Both the position numbers and the translations under genes were made by a program. From the IMG/VR virus record IMGVR_UViG_3300037840_000178, positions 1 to 58,733 of that record: 58,733 bases of DNA; one strand, given 5' to 3'. The notes beneath the pieces were generated by a model, which had not been told where the DNA came from, made no database searches, and saw only the letters and a list, made by a program, of their open reading frames with translations. This stretch comes from a virus. Taxonomy: Duplodnaviria; Caudoviricetes. Below are positions 49,873 through 58,733 of the stretch, in pieces. Each line of letters starts with the position of its first letter. The stretch's first letter is position 1.

Positions 49873-51503
49873 TTCTAACAGACTTAAGCACCGTCGATGC
49901 ACGAGCACAGCTCATCGACATAGATCGCGTCGATTGCGAAGAATCACTCTACATATTTTTAAAATCCGCCTGGCATATCTGGGACTCAGAGCCATGGATG
50001 GATGGCTGGTGCATCGATGCGATTGCCGAACATTTGCAAGCAGTCATCGATGGACAGATTAGACGCCTCTGCATAAACATTCCGCCAAGATGCACGAAGA
50101 CCGCTACCTGCTCAATTGCACTACCCGCTTGGACGTGGGCACAACCTAAGAGCTCTCACACCTCTGGCCCTGGCGTAAAATTTCTCTACGCGTCCTATCG
50201 CGAGGACTTAGCGAAAGAAGCCGCGGGCCATTGCCGAAGTGTGATCGAGTCACAGTGGTACAAAGATCGATGGGGCAATCGATTCGTACTCAAGCATGAC
50301 CAAAACACGCGCGTTAGATTCGATACCGATAAAGGCGGCTATCGAATGGTTACATCGGTCGAATCGAAAGGCTCGACTGGCTTCGGGGCTTCAATTATCG
50401 TTATCGATGACGGCAACTCCGTTAAGGAGATCGAATCGGAGGCAACGATTCAATCAACCACTGACTGGTTCGACGGTACGCTTGGGACAAGATTTAACAA
50501 TCAAAAATTAGGCGCAGTCATCCAAATTCAGCAGCGCGTCGGTGAGCGAGACCTTACGGGGCACATTCAGTCAAAAAATAAAGGCGGGTGGGATTTTCTG
50601 ATTCTACCGATGAGGTTCGAAACGTGGAGAAAATCTCACGTCACGTCAATCGGCTGGTCCGACCCGCGCACCGAAGAGGGCGAGCTTCTTTGGCCAGAGC
50701 GCTTCGATGCAGAAGTGGTCAAGGGCTTGGAGGATTGGATGCTTCCCTGGAGAGCGGCCGGGCAGCTCCAGCAAAGACCGGCTCCAAAGGGCGGCGGAAT
50801 CATTGAGCGCGACTGGTGGCGGCTCTGGGAAGGCGAGACATTCCCCGCTTTTGACTACGTGATCGCTTGTTTGGATACCGCCTACACGGAAGACCAAATG
50901 AACGATCCGTCCGGCATGATCATCTGGGGCGTTTTCTCAGATCCTATTCCAGAGTCCCCTACTCGCGTTATTTCATCAGATCAGCGCGAGAGGCCGCGCG
51001 ATATTCATGCGAACGATGGTCGCACAACGCCGAAAGTGATGATGATTTGGGCGTGGGAAAAATATTTGAAGCTTCACGATCTTGTGGTGACAACAGCGAA
51101 TGCATGCGCCAAATACAAAGTCGATCTTCTTCTCATTGAGAACAAATCAAGTGGCATTAGCGTATCGCAGGAATTGCGTCGCCTTTTCGGCAACTCGCGC
51201 TTCGGCATCCAGATGTTTGATCCCAAGAGCCAGGACAAGGTGGCAAGATTGAATTCCGTGGCGCCACTTTTTTACGAGGGACTAGTTTTCTCGCCGTCGG
51301 AAAAATACCCATGGGTGGAGGCGGTAATCGCTCAGGCCGAGAGGTTTCCTAAGAGTCGTCACGATGAGTTTGTCGACTGTATCTCGATGGGTATCCGACA
51401 CCTTCGCGAAAACAATCTCATCTGCCGCGTGGTCGAGCGCGAGGCAGAGATCGAACAATCGAAGATGTACCGCGGCCGCGAGCAGCCTTTGTATTCGGTC
51501 TAG
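49869..51503 (+). CDS. terL: Terminase large subunit
   Basis: INIPPRCTKT Walker A, IVIDD Walker B, QQRP.PKGG, LDTAY and HDEFVD nuclease motifs. Confidence 0.95.
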   Translation: MILTDLSTVDARAQLIDIDRVDCEESLYIFLKSAWHIWDSEPWMDGWCIDAIAEHLQAVIDGQIRRLCINIPPRCTKTATCSIALPAWTWAQPKSSHTSGPGVKFLYASYREDLAKEAAGHCRSVIESQWYKDRWGNRFVLKHDQNTRVRFDTDKGGYRMVTSVESKGSTGFGASIIVIDDGNSVKEIESEATIQSTTDWFDGTLGTRFNNQKLGAVIQIQQRVGERDLTGHIQSKNKGGWDFLILPMRFETWRKSHVTSIGWSDPRTEEGELLWPERFDAEVVKGLEDWMLPWRAAGQLQQRPAPKGGGIIERDWWRLWEGETFPAFDYVIACLDTAYTEDQMNDPSGMIIWGVFSDPIPESPTRVISSDQRERPRDIHANDGRTTPKVMMIWAWEKYLKLHDLVVTTANACAKYKVDLLLIENKSSGISVSQELRRLFGNSRFGIQMFDPKSQDKVARLNSVAPLFYEGLVFSPSEKYPWVEAVIAQAERFPKSRHDEFVDCISMGIRHLRENNLICRVVEREAEIEQSKMYRGREQPLYSV

Positions 51504-51524
51504 TGCTAGGATATATTCCGCACT

Positions 51525-52674
51525 GTGTCAAGTTTAATCCGTAGCCTGGACGACGCCCCTGTGCGCGCTCAAGCCACGGTAGCCTTGATCAGTCGAGTGC
51601 AAAGGCCGTACTTGTTTCGCGTGCGCGTTGAGGGCCAATTTCCGCACAACAAAGTGCGAGAGTACGATATCGCGGGTGTAAACGAAGCGGCAGTGGCGTT
51701 TGAAGGGATCAGGATTTTCGAGCGACAAATGTCAAAGGCAGTTGTGATACGCGATCTCATTATGGATTCGATCCGCCCCAGAGGCGGGTGAGAGAATGCG
51801 CCGCTCGCAAGCCGCAAGCCCCAAAGGCGGTTTACGCGAGAATCGCAAAATCATTTGGCCAAAGACCATGACGGTAGAAATGCAAGACGCTTGGTACGCG
51901 CGGATCGATCAGATCCGAAGGCAGGCCCTCGCGCCTGGGCCTAAGAGGATATTTTTACCGGCCGCGCGAGTGATCGTCGCGATCGAGGAGGTGCTGTGAC
52001 GGAATTGCGCTCAGTGCCAAAGCCAGAGGGGTTTGACTTAAGACTCGCGCGCGCAACCAAGGAGAATAGCGGCAAATGCTGGACGCCGCAGGATATCCTG
52101 TACGATGCCTCGCAACTTATGCAGGCATCCCCGCCCACACAGGCCGCGCTTGTCGCCTGGTATACGCGATTACCCAATGGCAACCTGCAGATCAAATACC
52201 AGTGCTCGTTTGAGCACGACAGACAAGCCGTAGCGCTTGCGGCGGATTTACTTAAGGATCTGCAAGGGTGAGCGCGCCCGATGCCACTACTCCGGGCAAT
52301 CCCGCCCGCAGCAAGTGGAGAAAGCGATGCGAAGATTCCACGAGGAAACCGCCATTATGGTCCGCCGATGGCGAGGCGAATGGGAAAAACACGGTCGTGA
52401 TTTCGGGAACTGCCATTGCGGATCTGGTATGGGTACCATGCGAAAGCATCGTGTTTTCGAATCTCATGCCACGGGCAAATGTGGTCTCTGTGGCTGGGAG
52501 CGGTGCATGGAACTGCTAGAGCGTCGTCGTGAGCGCTATACGGCACGCGCCGTCATCGCTGAAGGACTGGAAGAGATCGAAGAAATTGATCCAATGATGG
52601 ATCCAGGCAATCCTCTATTTGACGAGGAAGCGTACGAAATGGCTGTCATCAACTGGTATCGAGACGCGGCGTGA
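51525..52674 (+). other. Four small hypothetical ORFs between TerL and portal
   Basis: ORFs 51525-51791, 51796-51999, 51996-52271, 52327-52674. Confidence 0.5.
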
Positions 52675-55064
52675 GCACCCAGGCAGGCCTAGGAGGTGCG
52701 AATATAAGGCTCGTCGGCCCAGATGCCCCAGAGCTTCCGCCGGCCGCCGAAGTATCGGTCGAGATGGCGCCTCCAGATGGCGATACACCGGAGATCGATG
52801 ATAAGGGGGCGATTCTTAGGATCAAACACGGGGACGGTTCTCTTTCAGTATCCATCAACGGGAAACCTCTAGGATCTACGAAAGCGGCAAATGACGAGCC
52901 GCTCGCCTGGTTCGACAACATCGCCGAGAAGATCCCCGAGGACGCGCTTAATTCTATCACGGAAGACCTTCTGCGCGGGATCGAGGAGGATTTGCAGTCG
53001 CGGAAGGAATGGATTGAAGATCGCGCGTTAGGACTAAAACTCCTTGGGCTCAAGATCGAATTACCCAATACGCAAGGCGCGAGCGATGGGGCACCCGTTG
53101 AAGGGATGTCCAAGGTACGGCACCCCTTGCTACTTGAGGCCGTCTTGCGCTTCCAAGCGAACGCGCGCTCGGAGCTCCTTCCGACCGATGGGCCGGTGAA
53201 GATCCGCAATGACTCATCGACGCCGAACGCGCAGATGGATCAGGACGCGAACGCGCTTGAGCGCGACATGAACCATTACTTAACAGTGGATGCGACCGAG
53301 TACTACCCCGACACCGACCGTATGCTCTTCATGACCGGCTTCGGCGGCGACGGGTTCAAGAAAGTCTATTTCTGCCCGATTCGCTCGCGCCCGGTATCTG
53401 AATCCGTCGATGCCGATGACATAATCGTGAATAATTCGGCGACTGACTTGGCGAACGCGCAGAGAGTCACCCATCGCACGATGATGAAGCCCTCGACTTT
53501 GAAGCGCTTGCAGCTCCTCAAAGTTTACCGCGACATCGATCTTGGCGATCCGATGCCGGCAGACCCCGATGAGCTTCAGCGTACGGAGAAAGATCAGCAG
53601 GGCATCACGCCCGATACGTTCAACGTGCTGCCGCAAAATCGCGAGCGCGAGATTTACGAGTGCTATTGCGAGTTGGACATCCCAGGCTTTGAGCACAAAC
53701 AAAAGCGCGAGATCACGGGGCTTCAGATCCCCTACATCGTCACGATTGATAAATCCTCACGCCGAGCGTTCGCGGTGGTGCGAAACTTCGATAAGGATGA
53801 TCAGGAGTTGCCGCGCGCTCGAAAGAGATTCGTCAAGTATCCATTCGTGCCGGGGATTGGTTTTTACGGCATCGGGCTTTTGCACATCCTTGGTAACTCA
53901 ACGAATGCGATCACGGCGGCGTGGCGCTTGATGCTCGATAACGGCATGTTTGCAAACTTCCCTGGATTTTTGATCTCGAAGTCCGGCACCAGGCAGAATA
54001 CGAATATCTTGCGCGTGCCGCCCGGTGGCTCTGCGCAGATCGACACGCAAGGCTTGCCGATTGGGCAGTCTGTCATGCCGCTCCCGTATGAGACGAGCCA
54101 TATGGCGCCGTTGATGTCCTTGGTCGAGGATATGGCAGACACTGGCCGACGCATCGGAGGAACGGCCGAAACAATGGTCGGAGAAGGCCGCGCGGATGTG
54201 CCAGTGGGTACCGTGCTCGCCATGATTGACCAGCAAATTAAGGTGATGAATGCGGTCCATAAACGCATGCACGCCGCGCAAGCTGAAGAATTTATGTTGC
54301 TCAAGCAAGTGTTCAAAGAACACCCAGAGAGCTTCTATCAGCGCAAATGCAAATCTAAGACGCCATGGGACAAGGCGCGCTTTCTAGCGGCCATCAACAA
54401 CTGCGACTTTGTTCCGCAGGCCGATCCGAACACTTCAAGTTCTGGTCAGCGAATGATGAAAATCGTAGGGCTTCTCCAGCTCCAGTCACAGGCGCCGACG
54501 CTATTCGATCCTGTTAAAGTCAATATCGCAGCTCTTAATGCGATGGGGTGGCCAGACGCAGAGGAATTCTTAGTACCCCCAGCCGCGCGCGCCGCACCAC
54601 CGCCGCAGATCATTCAGGCTCAAGCGCAAATGCAAAACGAGGGCAAAAAGGCGGATGCTGATATGCTCGAAGCGCAAGCACGTGCAGAAGAAGCCAGGGC
54701 AAAAACCACGGATGCTCAGGCGCGCGTCGCGGGTGTCGGGCATTATGCACCACGCACGCCAGAATCAGCAGCTCCAGAGTCGGGTCCTGAGCAACCGACA
54801 CCGGTGGACTTGGCGAAAGCACAAGCATCGCTGATGGATGCTCAGACTAGACGCCACGAAGCGGGATTGAAAGCGGCCCAGATAAACCAGGAAGATAAAG
54901 CACGCGAGCAAGATGCAAAGGACAAAGAACGTGAGGCGGCCATCAATTTAGCCAGTGACGTAATTCGCGCGCCGACCACTGAGGGCGGTGGTCAGGTGAG
55001 CGTCAAGGGCGCTGGGAAGAAAGCGAAGGCAATCATCAAAGACGTTGACCAAGGGGTAAAATAA
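52671..55064 (+). CDS. Portal protein
   Basis: SRKEW..GLKLLG, HPLLLEAVLRFQA..ELLP..GPVK, FKKVY, GFYG.GL.H, HKRMH.AQ..EF, P.ADPN; follows TerL. Confidence 0.9.
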   Translation: MSTQAGLGGANIRLVGPDAPELPPAAEVSVEMAPPDGDTPEIDDKGAILRIKHGDGSLSVSINGKPLGSTKAANDEPLAWFDNIAEKIPEDALNSITEDLLRGIEEDLQSRKEWIEDRALGLKLLGLKIELPNTQGASDGAPVEGMSKVRHPLLLEAVLRFQANARSELLPTDGPVKIRNDSSTPNAQMDQDANALERDMNHYLTVDATEYYPDTDRMLFMTGFGGDGFKKVYFCPIRSRPVSESVDADDIIVNNSATDLANAQRVTHRTMMKPSTLKRLQLLKVYRDIDLGDPMPADPDELQRTEKDQQGITPDTFNVLPQNREREIYECYCELDIPGFEHKQKREITGLQIPYIVTIDKSSRRAFAVVRNFDKDDQELPRARKRFVKYPFVPGIGFYGIGLLHILGNSTNAITAAWRLMLDNGMFANFPGFLISKSGTRQNTNILRVPPGGSAQIDTQGLPIGQSVMPLPYETSHMAPLMSLVEDMADTGRRIGGTAETMVGEGRADVPVGTVLAMIDQQIKVMNAVHKRMHAAQAEEFMLLKQVFKEHPESFYQRKCKSKTPWDKARFLAAINNCDFVPQADPNTSSSGQRMMKIVGLLQLQSQAPTLFDPVKVNIAALNAMGWPDAEEFLVPPAARAAPPPQIIQAQAQMQNEGKKADADMLEAQARAEEARAKTTDAQARVAGVGHYAPRTPESAAPESGPEQPTPVDLAKAQASLMDAQTRRHEAGLKAAQINQEDKAREQDAKDKEREAAINLASDVIRAPTTEGGGQVSVKGAGKKAKAIIKDVDQGVK

Positions 55065-55229
55065 TCCCATGGACAAAAAACTGTTCTCGGATTTGACCAG
55101 AAGCATGGAAGAGTTCAATGAGCCGGTTTCCTACCGCGCTCGCCTCTGCCCCCACGGCATTGACCTCGACAAACTATGCGAGCAGTGCTCAGCCGACCGG
55201 GTGTATCGCGAGGATCCGATCGATTAAAT

Positions 55230-55682
55230 CTAGGGAAGGTGTTTCCAAGTTCTACGCCGTTTGATATGGCTTATCAGTGATTGGGTGACGCCATATTCTG
55301 CTGCTATGGTGATTTGCGAGCGTTTATCTTTACGTATTTCCAGAACATCAACCAGCGTTAGCTTGACAGATCCATGTTTCTTTTCTGGGATGCCTCAACG
55401 GTTCCTGCCTTTCGCAGTGCAGTCTTTAGCATTATCGCCACGCGTGCCGACGAACAGATGATCAGGATTGAGACATGGCGGATTATCGCAGCGGTGCAAA
55501 ACGCACAATCCATCTGGAATAACCCCGTTGCTTCTCTCATAGGACACCCTATGCGCGAGCCTTTGCTTGCCTTCTGTTCTTGTTAATCCATAGCCATCAG
55601 CGTTTCTTGCGCCAATCCATTCGACGCAACCACTAGCGGTGGCCTTAGTTTTTGCAACTAGAGTAGGATGGACATCAGCCAT
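55230..55682 (-). pseudogene. HNH homing endonuclease (HNH_3 + C-terminal HTH) with in-frame TGA at 55395-55397
   Basis: AHRVSY..LHRCDNPPCLNPDHL..N; frame continues past TGA as GIPEKKHGSVKLT..IAAEYGVTQSLIS.IK..TWKH to TAG at 55230. Confidence 0.75.
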
Positions 55683-55817
55683 TATGAATGCCTCACATTC
55701 TTGGTGGTCAGGGCTCTGGCGGGGCGGTGACACGCCCGTCCGAGCCCGAAGTATATCGTAGATTTGCAAATCAGGGCGCTGCGGGACTAATATTCTGACA
55801 ACTGAATAGGGATCCTC

Positions 55818-56825
55818 ATGAGTGAGATGGCACGCGAAGCCAGGCTTAAGTCTCGGGAAAAAGCCGAGCGCCTTACGCGTTCGTCTCCCGGAAATGTCGA
55901 TGCCAGTGGGTGGCGAGAGCCACTAGGTGAGTTAGGGCAGGCACAAACCGGGCCAAGGCCAGTGTCCCGACAAAATTTCAGACACGGCGGAAAGATAGCT
56001 GGGCTAGCTGGCGCAATGCGAGCTGACCGTAAGCCACGCAAATCAGGCGGCCGAACTCTCGCCGACGCACTGATCAATCGTGACGTAAAAGAAGCCAACG
56101 AGAGCCGAGAAGGCCCTAAGCATATTGGTGGAATGGCCAGAGGTGGCCATGCTGACGCGGCCGAAGATAAGAAACTAATCAAGTCAGAGATGCACAAAGC
56201 CGGGTGTTCGTGTTCCAAATGTTCAGGCGGGAGAGTCGGCCATGCCAGCGGCGGTGGCATCCACATAAACCCAGCCCACAAGGGCAAATTCACCAAAAAG
56301 GTCACCGGCAGCAAGCATGGCAAACTGACCAATGCTGGAATTGAAAAGGGATTGCATGCAGACAGCGGGCTAGAGCGTAAAGAAGCGAACTTCGCTCGCA
56401 TGGCGCGACGGCACTTCGAGCCCCTGCACAAAGCCGCCGGAGGTTCACTCGACGGACGGATCCAAGGCATGCGGCCCCAGGGTGGGCGACTAGCTCGGAA
56501 GGGAGGTGGTGCGGCTAAAAAGGGTATGACGGTTAACGTCATCGTGGCGCCCAACCCGCCATCGCGCGGCGCGCCCATGCCGCCGCCCGGAGGTCTCCCT
56601 CCTCCGGGCGCGGGCCCTCTGGGTATGCATCAGGGAGCCCCGCCTCCGATGCCACCGCCTGGCGCGGCACCGTCTCCAGGCGCACCGCCCCCGATGATGC
56701 CGCGAGCTCGAGGCGGTCGCACCTCGCACATGCTCGCAAAGCCTGGCGCCTACCCACTCGATCACGCCTCGGGCGGCGGCTTAGGGCGGCTTGAGAAGGC
56801 GAAAGCCTACGGGAAGAACGCCTGA
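55818..56825 (+). CDS. Basic, Pro-rich head-module protein with ~10 xxxGG motifs
   Basis: FRHGG, RKSGG, MARGG, HASGG x2, KAAGG, RKGGG, RARGG etc. Confidence 0.7.
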   Translation: MSEMAREARLKSREKAERLTRSSPGNVDASGWREPLGELGQAQTGPRPVSRQNFRHGGKIAGLAGAMRADRKPRKSGGRTLADALINRDVKEANESREGPKHIGGMARGGHADAAEDKKLIKSEMHKAGCSCSKCSGGRVGHASGGGIHINPAHKGKFTKKVTGSKHGKLTNAGIEKGLHADSGLERKEANFARMARRHFEPLHKAAGGSLDGRIQGMRPQGGRLARKGGGAAKKGMTVNVIVAPNPPSRGAPMPPPGGLPPPGAGPLGMHQGAPPPMPPPGAAPSPGAPPPMMPRARGGRTSHMLAKPGAYPLDHASGGGLGRLEKAKAYGKNA

Positions 56826-57016
56826 CTCCATTTGAGGCAAAACTCGCCAAGCGCATCGATGCGGAACTTACTCGCCTTCGTGAATCCTTGGAAACGCGCG
56901 GCGTCGTGCAGTCCTTTGAGGACTATCGGTATCTTGCCGGCCAAATCGATGCGTTGAAGCGCGTACAAACCTCCTACTTCGATGAAGTCAACGAAGATTT
57001 GAACAAGGAAAAATAG
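56822..57016 (+). CDS. Small helical head-module protein, probable CTG start (missed by ORF track)
   Basis: LTPFEAKL..SFEDYRYLAGQIDAL..EK*, 64 aa; CTGA overlap with upstream stop. Confidence 0.6.
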   Translation: MTPFEAKLAKRIDAELTRLRESLETRGVVQSFEDYRYLAGQIDALKRVQTSYFDEVNEDLNKEK

Positions 57017-57018
57017 CT

Positions 57019-57357
57019 ATGACCCAAGCCGCCTATGGTTACCAGAACCAGACTGGTATCGGCCAACAAGCCATTTCGATCACCCAGGCGCCGACATCCA
57101 ATTTGGCCCAGCAACAGACCATGGTGCGCTCCGCCATCGAGCGTATGCAGTCGCATAACTCCAGTCTCTCCGAGACCATCATTCGGTTGCGCGACACGAT
57201 CGACCGTCTCATCGGTGGTGAAGGCGCTGATTCAGCGAAGAACGGCCCGACGCCCGTTCCAAACGGCGATATTCAGGCGCTTCACCATGAGATCGAAGGG
57301 TACGAGCACATGCTCGCGCTTCTGCATTACCAATTCACTCGTTTGGCCGGAGTCTGA
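57019..57357 (+). CDS. Coiled-coil hypothetical protein
   Basis: AAGGA SD; helical pattern. Confidence 0.55.
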   Translation: MTQAAYGYQNQTGIGQQAISITQAPTSNLAQQQTMVRSAIERMQSHNSSLSETIIRLRDTIDRLIGGEGADSAKNGPTPVPNGDIQALHHEIEGYEHMLALLHYQFTRLAGV

Positions 57358-57360
57358 GCG

Positions 57361-57750
57361 ATGCCGAACGTTGCGATGTTGCACGAGATGGACCCAAAGG
57401 AAGAAATCCTTGCCAAGCTGGGCGATACGCTTGATGGATTTGAGATCCTAAATAACGAAGTGCTGCTCGTGATCTACAAGCGTCCGAAGACAACGCGTGG
57501 CGGCATCGTGCTCACGGATCGGGTGATCGATGAGGACAAGTATCAGGGCAAGACGGGGCTTGTCGTGAAGGTGGGTCCGTGCTGTGATTTCCCCCTTGTG
57601 CCGATTGCGCTACACGATTGGGTCGTGATCAAGGCGTCCGATAGCTTCGCGCTCGATCTGCTCGGGCCAGACAACAAAGAAATCAACTGTCGGCTCGTGA
57701 TGGACAAATTCATTCGCGTGAAAGTCTCAAATCCTGGGATGGTGTGGTGA
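57361..57750 (+). CDS. GroES-like co-chaperonin
   Basis: KTTRGGIVL mobile loop, GLVVKVGP. Confidence 0.75.
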   Translation: MPNVAMLHEMDPKEEILAKLGDTLDGFEILNNEVLLVIYKRPKTTRGGIVLTDRVIDEDKYQGKTGLVVKVGPCCDFPLVPIALHDWVVIKASDSFALDLLGPDNKEINCRLVMDKFIRVKVSNPGMVW

Positions 57751-57751
57751 C

Positions 57752-58733
57752 ATGAGCACTCCAACCGAAGAAATCACCGTCGATTTAGATGCCATTTCAG
57801 GCGCCACGGGCGGCGAAGTCGCCGAACGCTCACAAGTCGCCCCTGATGGCTCGCGAGTTGCGCCAAAAGAGCCTGAAATTGAGGTAAAAACCGCTCCTGA
57901 GCCCGAAAAGACGCCGAAAAAGACCGAAACTCAGGTTCTTACGCCCGATGAAGGGCTCGAAAGGCTCAAAAAGCAGCTAGAGGACGAGAAAAACCTTCGC
58001 GTCGCCGCCGATAATCGCGCCCGAGCGGCCGAAGCCGATGCCGCACGTGCAAAAAACGAGTCTCAGGGCACGCAACTCGATCTCGTCAAGTCCGCTATCG
58101 CCTCTTTGACCCAAGCGAACGATGCGTTGGAAGAGAAATACGCCGCCGCTCTCGCCGCCCAAGACTACGCTGGCGCCGCGAAGGCTCAGCGCGAGATGTC
58201 ATCGAATGAGGCGAAGCTTAATGACCTAAATCGCGGCAAAACCGCGATGGAGAATGCTCCAAAAGCTACCCCTCGCGTTGCCGATGACCCGGTTGAGCGC
58301 ATCGCGCAGCAGCTGACCCCGCAATCCGCCGCCTGGGTGCGCGCGCACCCTGAATACGCGCGCGATCCTGCGAAGTATCGCAAAATGGTCGCCGCGCACG
58401 AGCTCGCCATGGCGGATGGGTTTGCGGCAGATTCGCCTGAGTACTTTGCATCGGTCGAGGACACACTTCGCATCCCCTCTCAGCGTCAGGAAACCGTTAC
58501 CATCGATACGGATGCAACCGCCGATGCCGCCAAGCCCTCGACCACTCGACCCTCTCGCCAAACCGCCCCACCTTCTGCCCCCGTCTCGCGATCCGGCAAC
58601 GGCACGGGTGGCAATCGGCCGAACGTGGTCACGCTTACCCCTGAGCAAGTCGAGATCGCCAAGATGATGCAGATGACGCCGGAAGAATATGCTCGCCAGG
58701 TGGTGGCGCTGAAGAAAGAAGGCAAGTTGAACT
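57752..58733 (+). CDS. Capsid scaffolding protein (runs off window end)
   Basis: Acidic coiled coil; C-terminal VTLTPEQVEIAKMMQMTPEEYARQ; follows the GroES-like gene. Confidence 0.7.
   Translation, partial: MSTPTEEITVDLDAISGATGGEVAERSQVAPDGSRVAPKEPEIEVKTAPEPEKTPKKTETQVLTPDEGLERLKKQLEDEKNLRVAADNRARAAEADAARAKNESQGTQLDLVKSAIASLTQANDALEEKYAAALAAQDYAGAAKAQREMSSNEAKLNDLNRGKTAMENAPKATPRVADDPVERIAQQLTPQSAAWVRAHPEYARDPAKYRKMVAAHELAMADGFAADSPEYFASVEDTLRIPSQRQETVTIDTDATADAAKPSTTRPSRQTAPPSAPVSRSGNGTGGNRPNVVTLTPEQVEIAKMMQMTPEEYARQVVALKKEGKLN

Larger units (their letters stand above)
1..58733. mobile_element. Tailed bacteriophage genome segment (Caudoviricetes, podovirus-like layout), capsid gene outside window
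   Basis: TerS/TerL, portal, scaffold, adaptor/nozzle, ejection proteins, lysis and recombination genes; no tape measure or sheath recognised; no host core genes. Confidence 0.95.

Noticed and set aside
55395-55397. Genome-wide TGA recoding
   Set aside because: TGA is the normal stop of many genes (ATGA/GTGA overlaps) and long genes are intact under the standard code.
55787-56578. 263-aa minus-strand ORF
   Set aside because: Antisense shadow of the GG-motif protein gene, which fits the operon direction.

Overview
The whole window reads as most of a tailed-phage genome with a podovirus-like gene layout. No host housekeeping genes, rRNA, tRNA or CRISPR array were recognised. Order on +: fibre/adhesin genes interleaved with glycosyl-, methyl- and sulfotransferases (1-15.9 kb, with a lysis cassette at 12.0-14.3 kb), then adaptor/nozzle, internal (ejection) proteins and a tail fibre (16.1-29.3 kb). 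A minus-strand early/accessory block (29.3-41.7 kb) holds a PEP-CTERM-like moron, an orphan Phd antitoxin, an integrase remnant, a C5 methyltransferase and an AAA_24 + RecE-like recombination pair. Then come a RuvC-like resolvase, a Fis-like HTH, an AAA_25 helicase with an iteron origin, TerS/TerL, portal, GroES-like and scaffold genes, the last cut at the right edge. The major capsid gene is not in the window. Strongest leads: (1) a recurrent x-[A/K/R]-x-G-G peptide motif in putative internal virion proteins plus a free-standing tandem domain that may read it; (2) a putative virion glycosylation/methylation/sulfation system beside collagen-like GPT fibres; (3) a two-subunit C5 methyltransferase whose second subunit lies in an overlapping frame; (4) an exosortase-type (APE..-CTERM) moron. 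All family calls come from motif recognition by eye, not database searches.
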